Assembly (NCBI RefSeq): GCF_009914755.1
Contig: NC_060932.1
Reading direction: 5' to 3' (one strand)
Length of the DNA: 64,000 bases
DNA from: the human T2T-CHM13v2.0 reference genome, Homo sapiens
In this document: piece by piece, positions 58,044-64,000 of the stretch
How the letters are laid out: each line of letters starts with the position of its first letter
How positions within the stretch are numbered: the first letter of the stretch is position 1
The notes under the pieces: model-generated
Database searches by the model: none
Seen by the model: the letters and a program-made list of their open reading frames with translations, nothing else
What the model was told of the DNA's origin: nothing
Position numbers and translations under genes: made by a program

Positions 58044-58484
58044 CATATGGGTTATATTTGTTCTGCTGGGCTCTAGTTTTTAATCTCTGAATAGTGTTTG
58101 TTTTTTTCAAATGGAAAACATAGTCCAGAAAGGCCCTGTAAGATAATTACATGGCAGTATCAAGATCGTTGATCTTCATCGATAATCTTTTCCAGAACAG
58201 TTGCCTGGAAGGGTGAGGACATTTTTGCATTAAGTAGTAAATGGGAGATGAGTGACATTAGCAAGGGTAAACAAAGACACGTGGTTGAAGAGAGAGAATG
58301 ATTGTTAGGTGGGGACATGGATGAAGGGGAGTCACATTTCTGTGCCTTGTTAACATTTTTAGCTCACATTCAAAGTAACAAAGAACAATTCCTACCTTTG
58401 TATTTACCGAATATATTTGTTTAATGCTATGTGTGAATGATCCTAACATTCTCTCTCCCCCCACCCCCACAACCAATTTGACAG

Positions 58485-58597
58485 CTTTTTTTCCACTTAC
58501 AAAGAGAACGGTCCTTTCCTGAGCACAGAGCTAGGTTTTACGCTGCTGAAATTGCTAGTGCATTGGGTTACTTACATTCCATCAAAATAGTATACAG
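58485..58597 (+). CDS. SGK3: SGK3 coding exon 10 (aa 248-285)
   Basis: tgacag|CTT; [37 protein letters not shown](R); CAG|gtacaa; 113 nt. Confidence 0.97.
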
Positions 58598-58692
58598 GTA
58601 CAATTTTAAAATATACTTGTAAAAATTGTATATAACAATATTTTATTTCGGTTTGTATTCAGTTTTGCGTTTCTTTCCTTTTAATTTGATAG

Positions 58693-58729
58693 AGACTTGA
58701 AACCAGAAAATATTCTTTTGGATTCAGTA
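58693..58729 (+). CDS. SGK3: SGK3 coding exon 11 (aa 285-297, catalytic loop D286)
   Basis: tgatag|A; (R)DLKPENILLDSV; GTA|gtaagt; 37 nt. Confidence 0.96.
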
Positions 58730-58845
58730 GTAAGTATTCTCTTTTAAAAATCTACTAGTTCTCAATTTTTGTTGTTGCTTTTATGCTTAGTGCAAAAAAA
58801 GTCTCAGAGATTCTGTACTGCGTTATTTTATTTATATAACATTCT

Positions 58846-59135
58846 CAAAATGACAAAACGGTAGGGATGGAGAACAGATTAGTGGTTGACAGGGTCCAAG
58901 GGGATAGAGAGTGCAAAGATAAAGGGGTAGCATTAGGGAAGTTCCTTTGGTGGTGGTTACACAAATCTATACATCTGTATTGCGTAGAGCTACACACACA
59001 CACAAAGCATGCATGTAAAAAGTGAAAACTGAACAAGGTTGACAGTCTGGTTAATAGTATTGTACCAATGACAATTTCCTCTGTATACTATTTTGCAATT
59101 TCATATGGATCTATAATTATGTCAAAATAAAAGGA
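58846..59135 (+). mobile_element. L1MC-like 3' end
   Basis: caaaatgacaaaac...gatggagaacagattagtggttg...tctataattatgtcaaaataaaa. Confidence 0.75.
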
Positions 59136-59157
59136 GTTTGAAAATTGTTAATTTATT

Positions 59158-59631
<474 letters not shown>

Positions 59632-60607
59632 TAAAATGCAAATATGAATTACAGATTGCATATATAAATTTAAAATAAGAAAAGTAGAATAAAAACTGTC
59701 ATTTCAGCTTCCAGCCAGCTGGAAATACCTGATAATCATGCCTTGATAGTTGGGTATTTTTAACTGTGATTGTTAGATACTGCAAGACCCTTTTGAATAA
59801 TCCAACAAATATAAATTATGTTTATTTGTTTTTAGTGTTAGAAGTTTACCTTAGGCTTCTTTATGCATTTAATTATATTTCTTTTTTTGTTTTTGTTTTC
59901 TTCTAAGGTAAATATTGTAGAAAATTATATTTCTAATCCTTTAAAAATCACAAATCAGTGATGAAAGTGTTCTTTCTGTGACTATGTTAACAACATTGAA
60001 TCACACACTTTAAATGGGTGAATTGTGTGATATGTGACTATTTTAATAAAGCTGTTTTTCTTTTAAAAAATGAGCTAAAGCAAATATGGCAAAATATTAA
60101 CACTTGACTATATCTCAGTTGCAGTTTATTGGTTTCTCTTGTTTTTTATATGCTTGAAATATTTTGTAACAAAATTAAGTGTTTACTTACTAGAAGAAAA
60201 TAAAGCAGTGGATATGGAAAAACAAATCACAAATCAGAATTTATTTATCAGAACATCCCATTTTCTAATCATGTTAGCTAGCAAAAAAAGTATCTATTTG
60301 TGACAATAGTAATGATCCTTACAAATCATGTAAAAGCTTTATTATTCATACTTCACACACATAAACAAGTTTAGTTTATTTTGAACTGTCCAAATTCCAA
60401 GGTATTTATAATGATTTTAGGTACCACATAATATTTCATCTTTATCGTGGAGTACTTGCAAATACAATGTTGAAAACGTGTGAGAGAATGGCTTCTAACT
60501 GAGTTCAGAAACTTAACTAAAAGTATCTCTAAGTAATAAATATTTACCTTGAAATGGGTTTTTCCTTCTTTTTTCTGTCTAACCCTAGTGCTTGTATATA
60601 TTTATAA

Positions 60608-60963
<356 letters not shown>

Positions 60964-61269
60964 TATTTTGCCATTTCTTTAGATCACATAAAAAAGCTTA
61001 AGAGGAAATTATTTTCTTACATGTATTTCATATGGGAAGAGGTAATATATTTTGGAATGTAAAATTCAAGTTCACTGTCTTAGATGTGTTAAGTTGTGAT
61101 CAGTCTAAATTTCCTACAAATTAAAATGTAAATAGACATCTACAACTTATACAAGTTTTCTAAATAATATGTTAGAGAATTGCTGTTATAATTCTCAGAT
61201 GAGAATGCAATTCTTTCTTTTTTACTGAAAAGAAAAAAAAGGATTATAATTGCTACATTAAGTATTCTT

Positions 61270-61566
61270 GCCGGGTGCCGTGGCTCATGCCAGTAATCCC
61301 AGCACTTTGGGAGACCAAAGTGGGCAGATTGCTTGAGCCCAGAAGTTCCAGACCAGCCTGGGCAACATGGCTAAACCCCCGTCTCTATGAAAAATACGAA
61401 AAACTATCCAGGTGTGGTGGCGCATGCCTCTAGTCCCAGCTCCTCAGGAGGCTGAGGTGGGAGTATCACCTGAGCCCAGGAAGTCAAGGCTGCAGTGAGC
61501 TGTGATTGTGCCACTGCATTCCAGCTTGGGCGACAGAGAAAGATCCTGTCTCAAAAAAACAAAAAA
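61270..61566 (+). mobile_element. Alu (AluJb-like)
   Basis: Sense dimer. Confidence 0.9.
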
Positions 61567-61933
61567 ATTATTTAAGGGGAAAACATGAATAATGACCAAA
61601 TGAACTTCTAAAATAATCTTTGAAAGACTTTCCCCACAAATACCTACATCACCTATTGGGAATTATAGATTCTACCTTCGCGATACTCTTATTTATTTTA
61701 ACTGTATCACAGTTTCCAAGGAGAAATGCAGAATACATGTATTGTGAAGTGTTCTAGTTGACATTAGCTAAGAACCACTGGTGTAGAATGAGAATATCCA
61801 ACCCACTGGAAATCTAGATAATTTGGTTTCAGTATGATAGCAACAACTAAAATTTGTTAAATTTCTCAATTATTTATAAATTTTGTCTTGATTTGTTTAC
61901 TGACTTGCTCTAATATTTTATTGTTTTCTATAG

Positions 61934-62029
61934 TATCTTGCACCTGAAGTAATTAGAAAACAGCCCTATGACAATACTGTAGATTGGTGGTGCCTTGGGG
62001 CTGTTCTGTATGAAATGCTGTATGGATTG
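61934..62029 (+). CDS. SGK3: SGK3 coding exon 13 (aa 327-358, APE motif and alphaF)
   Basis: ttctatag|TAT; [32 protein letters not shown]; TTG|gtatgt; 96 nt. Confidence 0.97.
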
Positions 62030-62192
62030 GTATGTATTTCTATACCTCATTATTCCAATGTATTATCATTGATTTGATTGTCTGTCTGTCTCTCCCACCT
62101 TAAGAATCTCATGGACACTTAGATAACACTAACAGAGCAGTAATAGTCTGGTTAAATGAACCCAAAACCACATTAGGAATAAGGACAAAAAG

Positions 62193-62501
62193 AGGCTGGG
62201 CATGGTGGCTCACGCCAGTAATCCCAGCACTTTGGGAGGCCAAGGCAGGCAGATCACTTGAGGCCAGGAGTTCGAGACCAGCCTATGCAACGTGGCGAAA
62301 TCCCATCTCTACTAAAAATACAAAAAATTATCTGGGTGTGGTAGTGCATACTGTAGTCCCAGCTGCTTAGGAGGCGGAGGCCCAAGAATCGCTTGAACCC
62401 AGGAGGCAGAGTTTGCAGTGAGCCAAGATTGCACCACTGTACTCCAGCCTGGGTGACAGAGGGAGACTCTGTCTCAAAAAAAAAAAAAAAAAAAAAAAAA
62501 A
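62193..62501 (+). mobile_element. Alu (AluS-like)
   Basis: Sense dimer with ~A26 tail. Confidence 0.9.
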
Positions 62502-63599
62502 CCCTTTTTATTTGTTACTAGTTTTTTTTAAATTAATATAATTGTTTCTCTGCTATTCTAATAACTACTTCAGATGTTCTTACCCCCTTGGCATTTTTAG
62601 AAATAGACAACTGGTTGTAATATTAAAATTATCTGCTTCCATTCAGTTTACTCAAATATCACTCTAATTTTAAGATAATGGACAAAAAATGATTTTGCAT
62701 TTATCAATAAATTACTGTATTTCAGAAGATCTTTTGGTTTTTGCCTTTTATTTTGTTTAATAGATTTAATTAATACACAGGTGCTCAGCTTTTCCCATGA
62801 TTGGAGATCACTCTGTTCCCATCCCTGAAAACACCATGTCTTAAAAATTTTCTTGAAAAAAGTGATGTTTATGCAGTCAGTTTGCCCAGTTCTTATTTAG
62901 TTAAAGACACATAGGCTGGCCAGAGCTTCTGATTAATGAGAATAAAGTTTTTTCACTACATTGAGTTAATATTATTCCAACCCAAAGCAAACAGTGTAGG
63001 CATTTTAGTTAGCTCAGATAGCTTTATAAGAGTACATGTATGTTTTTCTGTAGGCTTTTTGACATGTTTAGAAATAGTTCCTAGACTCCCTTTGTGGTCC
63101 CCTAAGTGTCCAGCAGCCTCATGCTGGGAACCATGTGCGAATCCCTGAGGCTGCTGCTACCGCTGATGTTAAATGCCACTGTCAGCCAAGACCTGAGCTG
63201 AGTGTCTATTTGCTTTTTATTGAAAACTGTGGCGCTTACAGTGAAATTCAGCACATGAAGTACATTTCAGAGCGTTTGTTTTATCTTGCTAGTTTCGAAT
63301 GATAGATTCCTGTGAAAGCCAACACCATCTCTTCTTTGCCCTTGACTGTGACCTGCATGTTAAAAGATCTAGTTTTCTGGTTATGCTACTGACTTAGAAC
63401 ATTGGAAAACCACTTTATACCTGATTTCCCTTTAAGCACTATTTATTTGCCATCTTGATATTTCAGAATCCTTCAAATTTATTTAGAGGACTTTGAAAAT
63501 ATATCATTGCACATAAAATGCAGTTGATTCAAAAGAGAACATTTAAAACATACATTTTATTAATCAAACTTTTATTGTTTTAAAATGAAGTTTTATTTT

Positions 63600-63913
<314 letters not shown>

Positions 63914-64000
63914 TTAAAAGATAAGCTTTTTCTTTCCTACACAAAGGAAAGGAAAAGTGGCAAGCCTATAAAACTCCCTTAACTTTAAAAATTATGTATA

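Noticed and set aside
58438-58484. tcctaac branch motif as a sign of a U12-type intron
   Set aside because: The upstream donor is gtgagt rather than GTATCCTT, and the motif fits an ordinary U2 branch point.

Overview
This is primate, most likely human, genomic DNA from inside the SGK3 gene (serum/glucocorticoid-regulated kinase 3, CISK) on the + strand. I assembled 13 consecutive coding exons by hand between 12213 and 62029. All introns are GT-AG and the phases are consistent. The spliced 1074 nt encode residues 1-358: the PX domain, the linker and most of the AGC kinase domain (GxGxxG, VAVK-type K191, YRD, DFG, T320 activation loop, APE). The promoter, first exon and last coding exons lie outside the window. 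The introns are repeat-dense: roughly 55-60 Alu copies or monomers, L1M/L1PA, L2 and MIR fragments, MER20, a Tigger4a-like element, an MLT1 LTR, a decayed antisense ERVL-class provirus with an LTR33-like LTR, and a possible Gypsy-type LTR relic. Nearly all supplied ORFs are chance Alu, L1 or ERV translations. I see no evidence of a new multi-gene system. The best leads are small-scale: uORFs and a Kozak-favoured Met7, a 22-nt copy of the 5'UTR inside a nearby FAM element, tandem GTAGT donors, a candidate TDP-43-type cryptic exon next to a G4/(TG)15 tract, inverted Alus around the 96-nt kinase exon, and duplicated Alu 5' junctions. Repeat subfamily names and repeat boundaries come from remembered consensus sequences and are approximate.
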